64,000 nt of DNA from Selaginella moellendorffii (Eukaryota; Plantae; Lycopodiophyta), in NCBI RefSeq assembly GCF_000143415.4, contig NW_003314414.1, positions 153,626 through 217,625 of the forward strand, given 5' to 3'. Numbering within the stretch: the stretch's first letter is position 1; the number at the start of each line of letters is the position of its first letter. Below are positions 11,601 to 22,650 of the stretch, one piece after another. The position numbers and the translations under genes are program-made. Under the pieces are notes generated by a model. The model had not been told where the DNA came from and ran no database searches. It saw only the letters and a program-made list of their open reading frames with translations.

Positions 11601-11703
11601 GCATGGTTGGATGCGGAAGCAGAGTGCCACCATCACCTTGCCAGACCATGCAAGAGATGCAGCAAGAGCATTCATAACCCGGGTTCAAGGTGAGATTCAT
11701 TAA
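8635..11703 (+). pseudogene. DUF7869/Sola-like DDD transposase (~1022 aa), copy 1, single premature stop
   Basis: Motifs FSKCDEC, IIHDKMDQKKT, LQTDNAGSENKN and FLMVGHTHEDVDAMFS. TAG at 11113-11115 is TGG in copy 2, so the 826-aa and 192-aa ORFs are one frame. A splice acceptor TTTCAG lies just before the ATG, and there is a possible donor at the end. Confidence 0.85.
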
Positions 11704-12411
11704 TATTCCTTTACTAAGTTTCTAATGTAATTTATTTCAAGGTGAACAATCCGAATCTGAATCAGAGGAGGCGTGATGGCATGCCTTACGCCATTCCTAG
11801 GTGAGATGATACAAATAACAAGTATAAATTCTTAGTTGTTCTAGCAAATCTTACTTAAAGTTCAAGGTGAACAAGCCGAATATGAATTCATCGGATTGTT
11901 ATAACAAATTGCGAGGTGATGGCATGAGGCGATACGCCATTTGAGAGTGGTAGCCATTCCTATATGAGGTGAGTGAAGTATTTATTAGAAATACCTCATT
12001 CAATTGTGCACTTCTAAGTCTTGGTCCACTTAGTACTGTTTGCATGTTTTTATTTTAATTCTTTCTCTAAAATGTTATTTAGCATGTGGCTTCATGCCAT
12101 TGCTCTCCACAATCATGCATTGAATTTCTATCCTTGCATAATACTTCTCCATATATATAGCATGTGCGCACATGTGATATGGTTCATTAGGCCTGATATA
12201 GTGTGTGAGGTAAAACAAAGATGATGTGACATATGCATTTACCAATCACACGTGCATAAATCTAATAATATGGCGTGTGGCCCATATTAATGGCACATAA
12301 ACCCATATTGTGGGCTTACATGCTTTATGTACCATCATTCCCTTGCAGCGTGTGTGTTGGTTTCCTTTTATAACACAACGAACTCCATATTTTAGGGTGA
12401 AGAGCGTTCTC

Positions 12412-12669
12412 ATGGCAAGCACAAAATCTGTAAGTGAGGCAGAAAAGGAGACGGAGAAGGAGATAGGTGAAGATGTAAAATATATAAGTCTTCCAAACTC
12501 CCCGTACTATACTCCAGGTGATCATTTTTCTGAACAAACGGCAACATTAACAACTATCGAGAACGCCCCAGTAACGTCAGAGACAACAATCCAAAGCAAA
12601 ACAACTGACCCGGAGAAGGATGATAGTACCGCTGAGAGTACCAAAAAGGAGGTGTCCACTAGCGCTTAG
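12412..12669 (+). CDS. Small low-complexity ORF or exon inside the transposon (also at 58117-58374)
   Basis: MASTKSVSEAEKE... is open in both copies and preceded by an acceptor-like TTTTTAG. No recognisable domain. Confidence 0.3.
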   Translation: MASTKSVSEAEKETEKEIGEDVKYISLPNSPYYTPGDHFSEQTATLTTIENAPVTSETTIQSKTTDPEKDDSTAESTKKEVSTSA

Positions 12670-13305
12670 GCTTATAATGGCGTGTGCCCTCATGCCATTT
12701 ACTTGATCACCAAATACCTTTTTCCCTTTGCACTAGTATATCTTAATACCGGTCTGAGAAATAGAATGGCATGTGCCCTCAGGCCTTTTACTAAATCACC
12801 TTTGAAAGAAATGCAAGCCTCTATGTCGTAAAAAAAAGGTACTAGAGAAATTCCTTAATAATATGAATGTTATTTAGTTTCATGAAAATACACTAAGGGT
12901 CAAATGAGTTAAATGACTTCTCCAGACTAGCAATTCCTCTTGCTACACCTTCACAATTAGATTCGTTAGAAAAAGATAACATTGAATAATATCTAAATGT
13001 TCTCACCATTAAGTTATATGTCTGGCTAATAGGAATGATGTTCATCTTGGAAAGCTCACCACACGCTCAATGAACAAACAAATAGTGTGTGCGCGCATGC
13101 CATCGCTCTTCTTTAGCTTCAGATTCGGCTTGTTCACCTTGACAATGAGATTTATTATACAACTAGATGGACTCAGTCTGGACATAAGGTCACCGCGCTA
13201 GTCACCATGCCCCAGATATGTCTAGCCCCTGGACAAAAAACATATAATTTCACGTCATTTTCAAATACTTGAAAATTTGTACCTAGTCCCATTTTACTGA
13301 ATAAA

Positions 13306-13324
13306 TCCCACTTTAATGAAATAG
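13306..13324 (-). repeat. Right terminal inverted repeat, copy 1
   Basis: TCCCACTTTAATGAAATAG, 1 mismatch to the copy 2 TIR; the flank diverges after AGC. Confidence 0.88.
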
Positions 13325-13328
13325 AGCA

Positions 13329-13952
13329 TCACTGGTTTGAGGGAGCTAGAGGCCCAGCCATTGGTCCAGCTTGGAGGCGTATTCGCTGCTACGGACGGCA
13401 CCGATGGAACATGTGAGTCCGGTGGGACGTGACAGGGGCTGAAGTTGGGATGTCCATCTGGGAGGCGTTGGGCCAAGAGCGCTGGTCCATTTGGAGGGCA
13501 ACAGGACTGCAGGCACTTTGGGAGGCACGGAACCACTGTCGCTTTGATGGGCAACAAGCGAGAATATCGGCAGTGGTGGTATCATGGTGGAGACTCACTC
13601 TTGCTGCGGTGCGTCTTCACTACACCATCCTGAAAGAGCGGGCGAAACCGAGGCAGCTCGAGGAGTGGAGATCTAAGTGGCTCCCATGCTTCGGCAAATT
13701 GGGAGGTGGCGAGATTCGCTAGCAATGGCGCCCCCCAGACTCTGTTCTAAGGTCAGCTCGTGGGGGAGACTTGGACATCGACATGATTCGCTCGAGACGA
13801 CCACGTCCACTTCTACTCCAGGACTAGGTCCAGCTGCGGCATATGAGGATCACGTAGAGTAGCTCATTGAGAGGGCGGCATGCCCATTTTTTGTATTAGT
13901 CCCATTGGGACATGGGGAATGTACATACATGTTCAGCGATCTCGCCGGATTG
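13329..13952 (+). mobile_element. 3' remnant of a non-LTR (LINE-like) retrotransposon ORF2
   Basis: WSIWRATGLQALWEARNHCRFDG matches the W..RN...F motif of LINE ORF2 C-termini. Diverged relatives lie at ~40780-41250 and 27800-28090. Confidence 0.55.
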
Positions 13953-15633
13953 TGCAGATTGTATTGCACGCCCTAAGTTTTTGAGGAGAGAGCTCGAAGG
14001 CACTAGAGAGAGAGTGTGAGAAAGAGGGAGGGAGCGAGCGTCCAGGGCGGCACAAGCATCGCAGACCGCGGCAGCAACACACGGAGCTCGGCTCCCTCCT
14101 CTTTCTCCCCTTCTCTCTCGCTCTCTGTCGTTTTTATCGATATCTCCCAAACGGCTGGGAGAAACCTCGATTCCTTCGACGGGGGGCTTCTAGGAGTGTA
14201 GATTCTCATCCTCCTAGAAGGCCGCGGCGAGATCTGCCACGGCTCTGGAGATCTCGCTGGCCCTAGGTCGCTGCTGTTTTTAGGGTTCTTCGGCGGCGGC
14301 TAGGGTTTTTCGGGGCTCAGAGATTTGGAGGAGTGGAGAGGGCAGTTAGGAACACCACGGCTGCAGCAGCAACACGCAGATCTGGACGCTCTCCTCTCCT
14401 CCTCTTCTTTTTTCGCTTCTCATGGTTTCAAGTTTTTTGGGAGCTCATAACTCCTGAACGGCTTGGAGTTTTTCCACAAAAATTCACAGGGGGATAGCTG
14501 GGAGGGAGCCTCACACCCTCCCAGAAGCGCAGGCAAAAATTCTTCATGGTCTCAGAGTTCTCACCTGCCCTAATTCGTGGCTAGGGTTAGGGTTCTTGGC
14601 TGGCTTTTGCCCTAACTACGGTTAGGGCAGTACTTAGGGTGGCGGCGGGATCTTTGATCTGGCCACTCTAAGTGTCAGGGATCTTCGTTGCATGTGGTTG
14701 GCACGGCAGCAACATGGTGGAAACGCGACGGTTGCTGGTCTCGCAGCTTCGAGCGGGATTTCTCGCCTTAGGTCGGGCCATGCAAGGTGGCGACTGAGGT
14801 ACGGAGAGCGTGAAGCTGCATGTGTCGGAGGTTCTTGGCGACTTGAGTCGTGGAAACACGACCAAGTCATGGGAACTTTGTTGACTGGTGGAGGACAGTT
14901 TGGGACGACATCCCGACATAGCGAAGTGTCCGCGGTGGATGGACGTGGAAGACACTATGGGCGCATTTTTGGATCTAGTGACAGGGAAGTGCTGTCACAA
15001 AGGGGGCCAGTGGCGGATGGCCGAGTTGGTTTGCTCGCGGAGGGGATCCCACATGGTTCTTGCTTCAGGGCTAGTCCTTTGAGGAGGTTTGCGGAGGCTT
15101 GCAAGTCTTGTGATTGTCGCGATGCCGGCAACGGGGGCTCGTATATCATTGAAGGGGGCCAGCGCACTTGTCTAGTGTGGGAGGCAAGGTAGCACGCTCT
15201 AGTCTAGAGCTGGAGGAGGCTCACACCTTGCTTGTTCTACGCCTTGGAGTTTGTTCGCAATGGGCACCGACTTAGTGCTGGAAGTACACTGGGGAGCTTG
15301 TGCAGTGGAATCACCTTGGAGGCGAGTGACCCATGAGCAATGCCGGGTCATCGTGCTCGAGTTGGACTGCTTGGCTGCGACGACGTCGAGCTAGATCGAC
15401 ATGGTGTTCGTCCGGCTTGACATCATTGTGACCGAGTGGAGGAGTGACGAGGCGAAGCAGGTGGCTTCAAGCTCCGCGGTGGAGTCACCTGGGAGGTGGA
15501 CGGCCCAAGAGTAGCGCCGGGTGTTCGCGCTCATAGTTTCACTAGTTTCTTCGAGAGTGCGCTCTCAATGTTGTTTTCATCCCTTTGGGATTGGGGTAAT
15601 GTACATATATGTTTAGCGATCTCGCCGGATTGT

Positions 15634-16012
15634 TGGTGGTATCATGGTGGAGACTCACTCTTGCAGCGGTGCGTCTTCACTACACCATCCTGAAAGAGCG
15701 GGCGAAACCGAGGCAGCTCGAGGAGTGGAGATCTAGGTGGCTCCCATGCTTCGGCAAATTGGGAGGTGGCGAGATTCGCTGGCAATGGCGCCCCCCAGAC
15801 TCTGTTCTAAGGTCAGCTCGTGGGGGAGACTTGGACATCGACATGATTCGCTCGAGACGACCACGTCCACTTCTACTCCAGGACTAGGTCCAGCTGCAGC
15901 ATATGAGGATCACGTAGAGTAGCTCATTGAGAGGGCGGCATGCCCATTTTTTGTATTAGTCCCATTGGGACATGGGGAATGTACATACACGTTCAGCGAT
16001 CTCGCCGGATTG
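15634..16012 (+). repeat. ~380-bp direct repeat of 13574-13952
   Basis: Near-identical at offset 2060; both copies end in GATCTCGCCGGATTG. Confidence 0.9.
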
Positions 16013-16326
16013 CAGCACCGCGGGCTGTCTTTGACCCTAAATGCCTAAACGCGCCTAAACCCTAAACCCTAAACCGGGTCCAAATTTGCAATTTAGCACC
16101 ATTTTGTATATAATAAATTTTAAATTAGTCACTGAAACTAACTCTTGGTACTAAGGATGGCTAAGGGTGAAAGCCCAATTCCTTAGGAGGGTGGGGTGGT
16201 TCTAAATGTATAGTAGGGATAGTGGGTAAATCAAGCATGGTTGACAAACCAAAGGCATAGTTTAACTTTGTCTGTCCTTATTTTATATTTGGCTTGGGTT
16301 TAAACCCAAGTTCCATACCATACTAG

Positions 16327-17433
16327 TGTAAGCGACTAAATTTTCCATTCTACTTTAGTCACTTAACCACACCTCCGACCACTTGGAGGAGTCTCATTCA
16401 CAACCTCCATAAGTCCAATCCAGGACTTGGGGCTTGCTAGCCCCGAGAATGGCATCCATGCCACTCAACATTTGCACTTGGTCCAAGTGCTCCACGTGTC
16501 CGATCCCATGATTGACACTCAAAGGTACCACCGACATAGCAGCCCGTTACGCTAAGGCCATGCCCAATCACCTTTGCCACACTAGTAGTCCAATACCACT
16601 TGCATCACCGTCTTGGCTCTCCAAGACTAGGCAAACCATCCGTGAGTGGTCATCTCAGATCCACTCCTTAGCATCCTTAGGATGCCCACCGACAAGGGGA
16701 ATAGCCTTCCCCAATATCCCTCTGCCAGTCCCCACTAAGTCCCTTTCTGCCCCTGGCCGCGTTTGCCAACACTGCCACTTGATCAAGACCCACAGGCCCG
16801 ACCACTAAGTCCCACGGTCCTCTGGGACTTCCTCACCACACGACTGTGTCCTTGGTCACTACCCCAGAGGACTGCTCCTCTTCCTTTCCACAGTCTGGGC
16901 CTTTGGGACAACATTTCGGAACACCGTGGCCTTACGCGAGCCATCTGGGTACTCTCCTCGCCTTCTGCCCTTGGGTGCTCTAGCCATGGGCTTAGAGCGG
17001 GTTCCGTTGAGCCACACCAGGTATCCAAGTAGGTAGTGCCACCCACACTTGGACTGGGAGCATCGGCCAGTCGATCTCCCGGGGAACTAGAGCCGGCTCT
17101 TGAACACTTCACCAAGCTACCCCGCTTGTCAGTCTGTGTTCACTCTAGTCTTGGACTTCCCAGTGGGCAGCTCATCACCCAACACTGGGTCCGGCCTTCC
17201 TGGGCCAAACTGGCCTTTCCTGGCCAAACTGGCTCCACTGCAGTCCTCCCCCTACTATACTTTTGGAGCTCACTAAACCCCCCAGGGTCTGGGAGACGAA
17301 CGCTTTGGGCTTTCACCCTCTCAGGCTCCGGACTCGGACTCGGACTCGAACTCGGACTCGGACTCGGATTCGGACTCGAACTCGGGCTCGGGCTCGGTCT
17401 CAGCCTCGGCCTCGGTCTCGGTCTCGGTCCCGA

Positions 17434-17465
<32 letters not shown>

Positions 17466-18157
17466 CCGGTCTCGGTCTCGGTCTCGACTTCGGACTCCAT
17501 CTCGGACTCCATCTCGGACTCCATCTCGGACTCCATCTCGGACTCCATCTCGGACTCCATCTCGGACTCCATCTCGGGTCCATCTCGGGTCCATCTCGGC
17601 GTCCATCTCGGGTCCATCTCGGACTCCATCTCGGACTCCATTTCGGGTCCATCTCGGGTCCACTTCGGACTCCATCTCGGACTCCATCTCGGACTCCATC
17701 TCGGGTCCATCTCGGACTCCACTTCGGACTCCAACTCGGGTCCATCTCGGGTCCACCTCGGCGTCCACTTCGGACTCCAACTCGGGTCCATCTCGGGTCC
17801 ACCTCGGACTCCACTTCGGACTCCACTTCGGACTCCATCTTGGGTCCATCTCGGACTCCACTTCGGACTCCAACTTGAGTCCATCTCGGACTCCACTTTG
17901 GACTCCAACTCGAGTCCATCTCGGACACTTCCACGTGTCATGTGTTGGTCCTTTTGGGTCTCTTTTTGGAGCCTCGCCTTTTGCTCCCTTCGTGCTCGTT
18001 CCTCGAGCACTTCGTTGGGAGTTCCACTCCCGCTCTTGACTTTTCAAGTCGGAGCTTTTGGTCCAAACGTGTTACACTCATTTGGCTCTCGCTTCGGCCA
18101 CTACCATGTGGCGCCCTTCCGGCTCCACTTTGGGGCCTAGGGATTTTGTGTCTCACA
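16327..18157 (-). repeat. LTR 1
   Basis: TGTAAGCGAC...GTCTCACA; contains a GACTCG / GTCTCG / GGACTCCATCTC array. Confidence 0.9.
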
Positions 18158-20838
18158 GGCACCTTAACAGGTTTGCCAATAGGTACTAGATCTTCTAGAC
18201 CTTCAAATTGTTGACTATAACCCCGGGGGCATCCCCCACACTTGGCGGTGCACCCAAGCCAGCCCTTACGGCCAAGGGTTCATAGCAACTGAGATTAGGT
18301 GTCCCCATCTCACTCACCACGTCCTTGGTGCCACTTGCACCAAAGCGTTCAAGTTAGATATGCTGAGCTTTCACACTAAGCAATCTAACCGTGCATCACG
18401 ACTCCGAGGCATCCCTCGCTTGGCGGTGTGCCCAAACCAGTCTCCCCACTGAGAGTCCATGACCACCGAAATATGAGTGTCCTCATATTCCAAACCATCA
18501 CCACGCCCTAGTGATTTGGGACTCGAACCCAAGCACTAGAGGGTCGGGACTCGAACCCAACCTCCGTATATGCATCTACGGACGGCATCACACAAGATGC
18601 CTGGCGTGACTCCCCACGCCGGTGCACCAACTTATTTTTAAAGCCCTCTCTTTGAACACTCGGGAACTACTTCCCTAACCTTGACAGCCTTGCCTCATGG
18701 CAAGCTTCAAGACCACGCTTCTGCTGCGCCACTCTGATTTCGCGCGTTCTATGAACCATTTACACTTGGCCTTTCTAGGTACTAAGCTGCCTAGAATCGT
18801 CTTTGGGAACCTTGAAGGAACTCTGTCCCTTAACTTGCTAAGGCCTCCCTTTTTGCAAGCTTTCCAATTGCCACATAGTCTAACATGGACAATTCCATAT
18901 TTTAGACTCTCCATGGCATCACGGTTGCTAGCGGCAACACCCTCGAGCCCCCACTTGATTCTCCACTCCCAGCTGGCATAACCAACCTTGGTTATGCCCT
19001 TCGATTTCTATGGTTCAGTTCCATCCCAATACTACTTGCCTTTTGGCCCCATATGTTTCCTTTGGTTATTCTCCTCCAAACCAGCAGGATAGCTTTGCAC
19101 TTTTTATTATGCCTTAGCAAGTATTCTTAGGGATGAACCTACCCAATAGCCCAAGGAGTGGTTCCTCAATCCGGGTATGCTCACCTTATAATCCCACACA
19201 CTGGGATTACATTGTTGCTTATGGGCCTTTACATGCCCATCACTAGCCTTGCCAAAATTCCATTCTTGGCTTTGTCCAACTTGGGTAGATAGTCCTCTCC
19301 TGTCTCCGCAACCTTGGACATTTGGATAGCACCTTCTATTCATCATTCGCTAGGGACTTAGTCCCTTGGGCTTTATCCATTGCCCTCGCGACATCAAACA
19401 CCACCTTCTGGTGTTCTAGAGTGTTCGGGTGTCCCAATGATGGCTTTCTTGACAATGAGTATTTCCTTTTATGACATTGACTTACTATATCGCAACACAA
19501 GCAACTTATCCCCCGTAAGGGTGTATCCAACTTCCCTATGCTATTAAGAAGTCTTGGGTAGCTACCTTCTACCCGTTCAACCAGTTATTTTGCACCTCTT
19601 GCTTAGTTGTCTCATAGTTGTCAAGTCTTACCACTCATTGTGTGGTGCTTTCACACCTCCATCATTATCTGGGTCACCACACTCCAACTGCATGCTCTGC
19701 AGCTTAGGCTATGCCATTCCCATTTCCATTGGGATTCCTTTGGCAAGGGGTTCTCATGAACCCACCAACATAGCCTCAAGGTATCACACCTTGGCACATT
19801 TGGTGTCTCCACACCATCGGCTCCACGAGCCTACCTCTATGACACTTCCCCTTCGTGTTTATGTCTTTGCCAAGACCAACATCGCTCTTTCTCATGCCAA
19901 CCATCCGTTAGCACTGCACCATAGAGGTCACACACAACTTTGTATCAAAGTTGTTTTCTTCTGAGAACACCTTTCCCATAACTTTAGCATGGCACATTTT
20001 GCCATCGATGAGATATCCTCTGTTCTCATCCTTAGATCCTATGATCCCCCCCCATCCTTTGTGGGGTATAACACACCTCAGTCCAAATGCTTCCATCAGT
20101 CCTTTTAGGACCATCCCTTGACTCTACTTGAGTCATCAGCAGTTTTGGACTTGGTTAATCCACAGACCCTTAAGGTCCTACTTGTGAGGCACTAGCTCAC
20201 TGGAATACACTTGCATTCCTGTTCTACTCAAAAGGACTATTTTCACAAGTGTTACTCCGACACTTGATTTTGTTCTCTGGGGGCAACTTTTGCCCCTTAG
20301 GACTACTTGTCCATGTGATGAGAATACCACTCATCTCTAAGTACACCCCCCAACTCCTTGGGTTGTTCCAGCATTTATTAAAGGTAGCCTCGGCTACCAT
20401 TTCAAGGACTTGAGTCCTCTTACGTATTTGACCTCCCACGGTCATTACCTCTGGTCTCACATTCATGAGCACCAACCTCAACTATATGAGGAAAATCTTG
20501 TGACTCCTTTATTGTTTTGGAGTCTCTATCTTTCCCGTGATCCCAACTTTAGTTGTTTACCACAACAACCTTAACCAATTTGCTGAGACAAATGCTCATC
20601 CGGATCACATCCTCAACTCAATGAGGAAAACCTTGCACTGTTCCCAAGATCCCAAAGTCGTTCCATTATTGGCCCTTTTCTATCCACCACCTCGTCTACA
20701 AGTTCACACATGAACTGTAATGGAGAGCCATGTCTTCCCGAATTGCTACTCCTCAAGGATAGGCCCACTCCTCGGACCTTCCGATGCCAACACTAGTGGT
20801 GATATACTTGAGCACCAATAAAAGTCGGACTAAGGAAC

Positions 20839-20851
20839 AGCTCCAATACCA
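20839..20851 (-). promoter_or_regulatory. Primer binding site (tRNA-iMet-like); second copy at ~25332-25344
   Basis: Minus strand TGGTATTGGAGCT lies 3 nt from the LTR end and resembles canonical TGGTATCAGAGC. Confidence 0.65.
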
Positions 20852-20854
20852 AGT

Positions 20855-21949
20855 TGTAAGCGACTAAATTTTCCATTCTACTTTAGTCACTTAACCACAC
20901 CTCCGACCACTTGGAGGAGTCTCATTCACAACCTCCATAAGTCCAATCCAGGACTTGGGGCTTGCTAGCCCCGAGAATGGCATCCATGCCACTCAACATT
21001 TGCACTTGGTCCAAGTGCTCCACGTGTCCGATCCCATGATTGACACTCAAAGGTACCACCGACATAGCAGCCCGTTACGCTAAGGCCATGCCCAATGACC
21101 TTTGCCACACTAGTAGTCCAATACCACTTGCATCACCGTCTTGGCTCTCCAAGACTAGGCAAACCATCCGTGAGTGGTCATCTCAGATCCACTCCTTAGC
21201 ATCCTTAGGATGCCCACCGACAAGGGGAATAGCCTTCCCCAATATCCCTCTGCCAGTCCCCACTAAGTCCCTTTCTGCCCCTGGCCGCGTTTGCCAACAC
21301 TGCCACTTGATCAAGACCCACAGGCCCGACCACTAAGTCCCACGGTCCTCTGGGACTTCCTCACCACACGACTGTGTCCTTGGTCACTACCCCAGAGGAC
21401 TGCTCCTCTTCCTTTCCACAGTCTGGGCCTTTGGGACAACATTTCGGAACACCGTGGCCTTACGCGAGCCATCTGGGTACTCTCCTCGCCTTCTGCCCTT
21501 GGGTGCTCTAGCCATGGGCTTAGAGCGGGTTCCGTTGAGCCACACCAGGTATCCAAGTAGGTAGTGCCACCCACACTTGGACTGGGAGCATCGGCCAGTC
21601 GATCTCCCGGGGAACTAGAGCCGGCTCTTGAACACTTCACCAAGCTACCCCGCTTGTCGGTCTGTGTTCACTCTAGTCTTGGACTTCCCAGTGGGCAGCT
21701 CATCACCCAACACTGGGTCCGGCCTTCCTGGGCCAAACTGGCCTTTCCTGGCCAAACTGGCTCCACTGCAGTCCTCCCCCTACTATACTTTTGGAGCTCA
21801 CTAAACCCCCCAGGGTCTGGGAGACGAACGCTTTGGGCTTTCACCCTCTCAGGCTCCGGACTCGGACTCGGACTCGAACTCGGACTCGGACTCGAACTCG
21901 GGCTCGGGCTCGGTCTCAGCCTCGGCCTCGGTCTCGGTCTCGGTCCCGA

Positions 21950-21981
<32 letters not shown>

Positions 21982-22650
21982 CCGGTCTCGGTCTCGGTCT
22001 CGACTTCGGACTCCATCTCGGACTCCATCTCGGACTCCATCTCGGACTCCATCTCGGACTCCATCTCGGACTCCATCTCGGGTCCATCTCGGGTCCATCT
22101 CGGACTCCATCTCGGGTCCATCTCGGACTCCATCTCGGACTCCATTTCGGGTCCATCTCGGGTCCACTTCGGACTCCATCTCGGACTCCATCTCGGACTC
22201 CATCTCGGGTCCATCTCGGACTCCACTTCGGACTCCAACTCGGGTCCATCTCGGGTCCACCTCGGACTCCACTTCGGACTCCATCTCGGACTCCATCTTG
22301 GGTCCATCTCGGACTCCACTTCGGACTCCAACTCGGGTCCATCTCGGACTCCACTTCGGACTCCAACTTGAGTCCATCTCGGACTCCACTTTGGACTCCA
22401 ACTCGAGTCCATCTCGGACACTTCCACGTGTCATGTGTTGGTCCTTTTGGGTCTCTTTTTGGAGCCTCGCCTTTTGCTCCCTTCGTGCTCGTTCCTCGAG
22501 CACTTCGTTGGGAGTTCCACTCCCGCTCTTGACTTTTCAAGTCGGAGCTTTTGGTCCAAACGTGTTACACTCATTTGGCTCTCGCTTCGGCCACTACCAT
22601 GTGGCGCCCTTCCGGCTCCACTTTGGGGCCTAGGGATTTTGTGTCTCACA
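20855..22650 (-). repeat. LTR 2 (shared middle LTR)
   Basis: Same termini as LTR 1. Confidence 0.9.

Larger units (their letters stand above)
1059..13103. repeat. Dispersed 22-bp palindrome family ATGGCRTGWGGCCWCAYGCCAT (~28-30 copies per element)
   Basis: Copies start at 1059, 1134, 2390, 2581, 2722, 4194, 5468, 5528, 5605, 6384, 6519, 6678, 6757, 7614, 7686, 7722, 7758, 8373, 8531, 10377, 10434, 11776, 11919, 12079, 12270, 12677, 12766 and 13082. Nearly all recur in copy 2. Confidence 0.92.
1..13324 (+). mobile_element. Large DNA transposon (DUF7869/Sola-like), copy 1; left end lies ~400 bp before the window
   Basis: Colinear and near-identical to 45811-59029. Similarity ends just after the right TIR TCCCACTTTAATGAAATAG (13306-13324), which is followed by AGCA. 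Contains the transposase and cargo gene. Confidence 0.9.

Noticed and set aside
8635-11703. CACTA/EnSpm classification
   Set aside because: Termini are CTATTT...AAATAG, not CACTA, there is no 3-bp TSD, and the catalytic motifs are DUF7869/Sola-like.
1059-13103. Palindromic repeats as a CRISPR array
   Set aside because: Spacing is irregular (tens of bp to kb), the copies lie in introns and exons of a eukaryotic element, and no cas genes are present.
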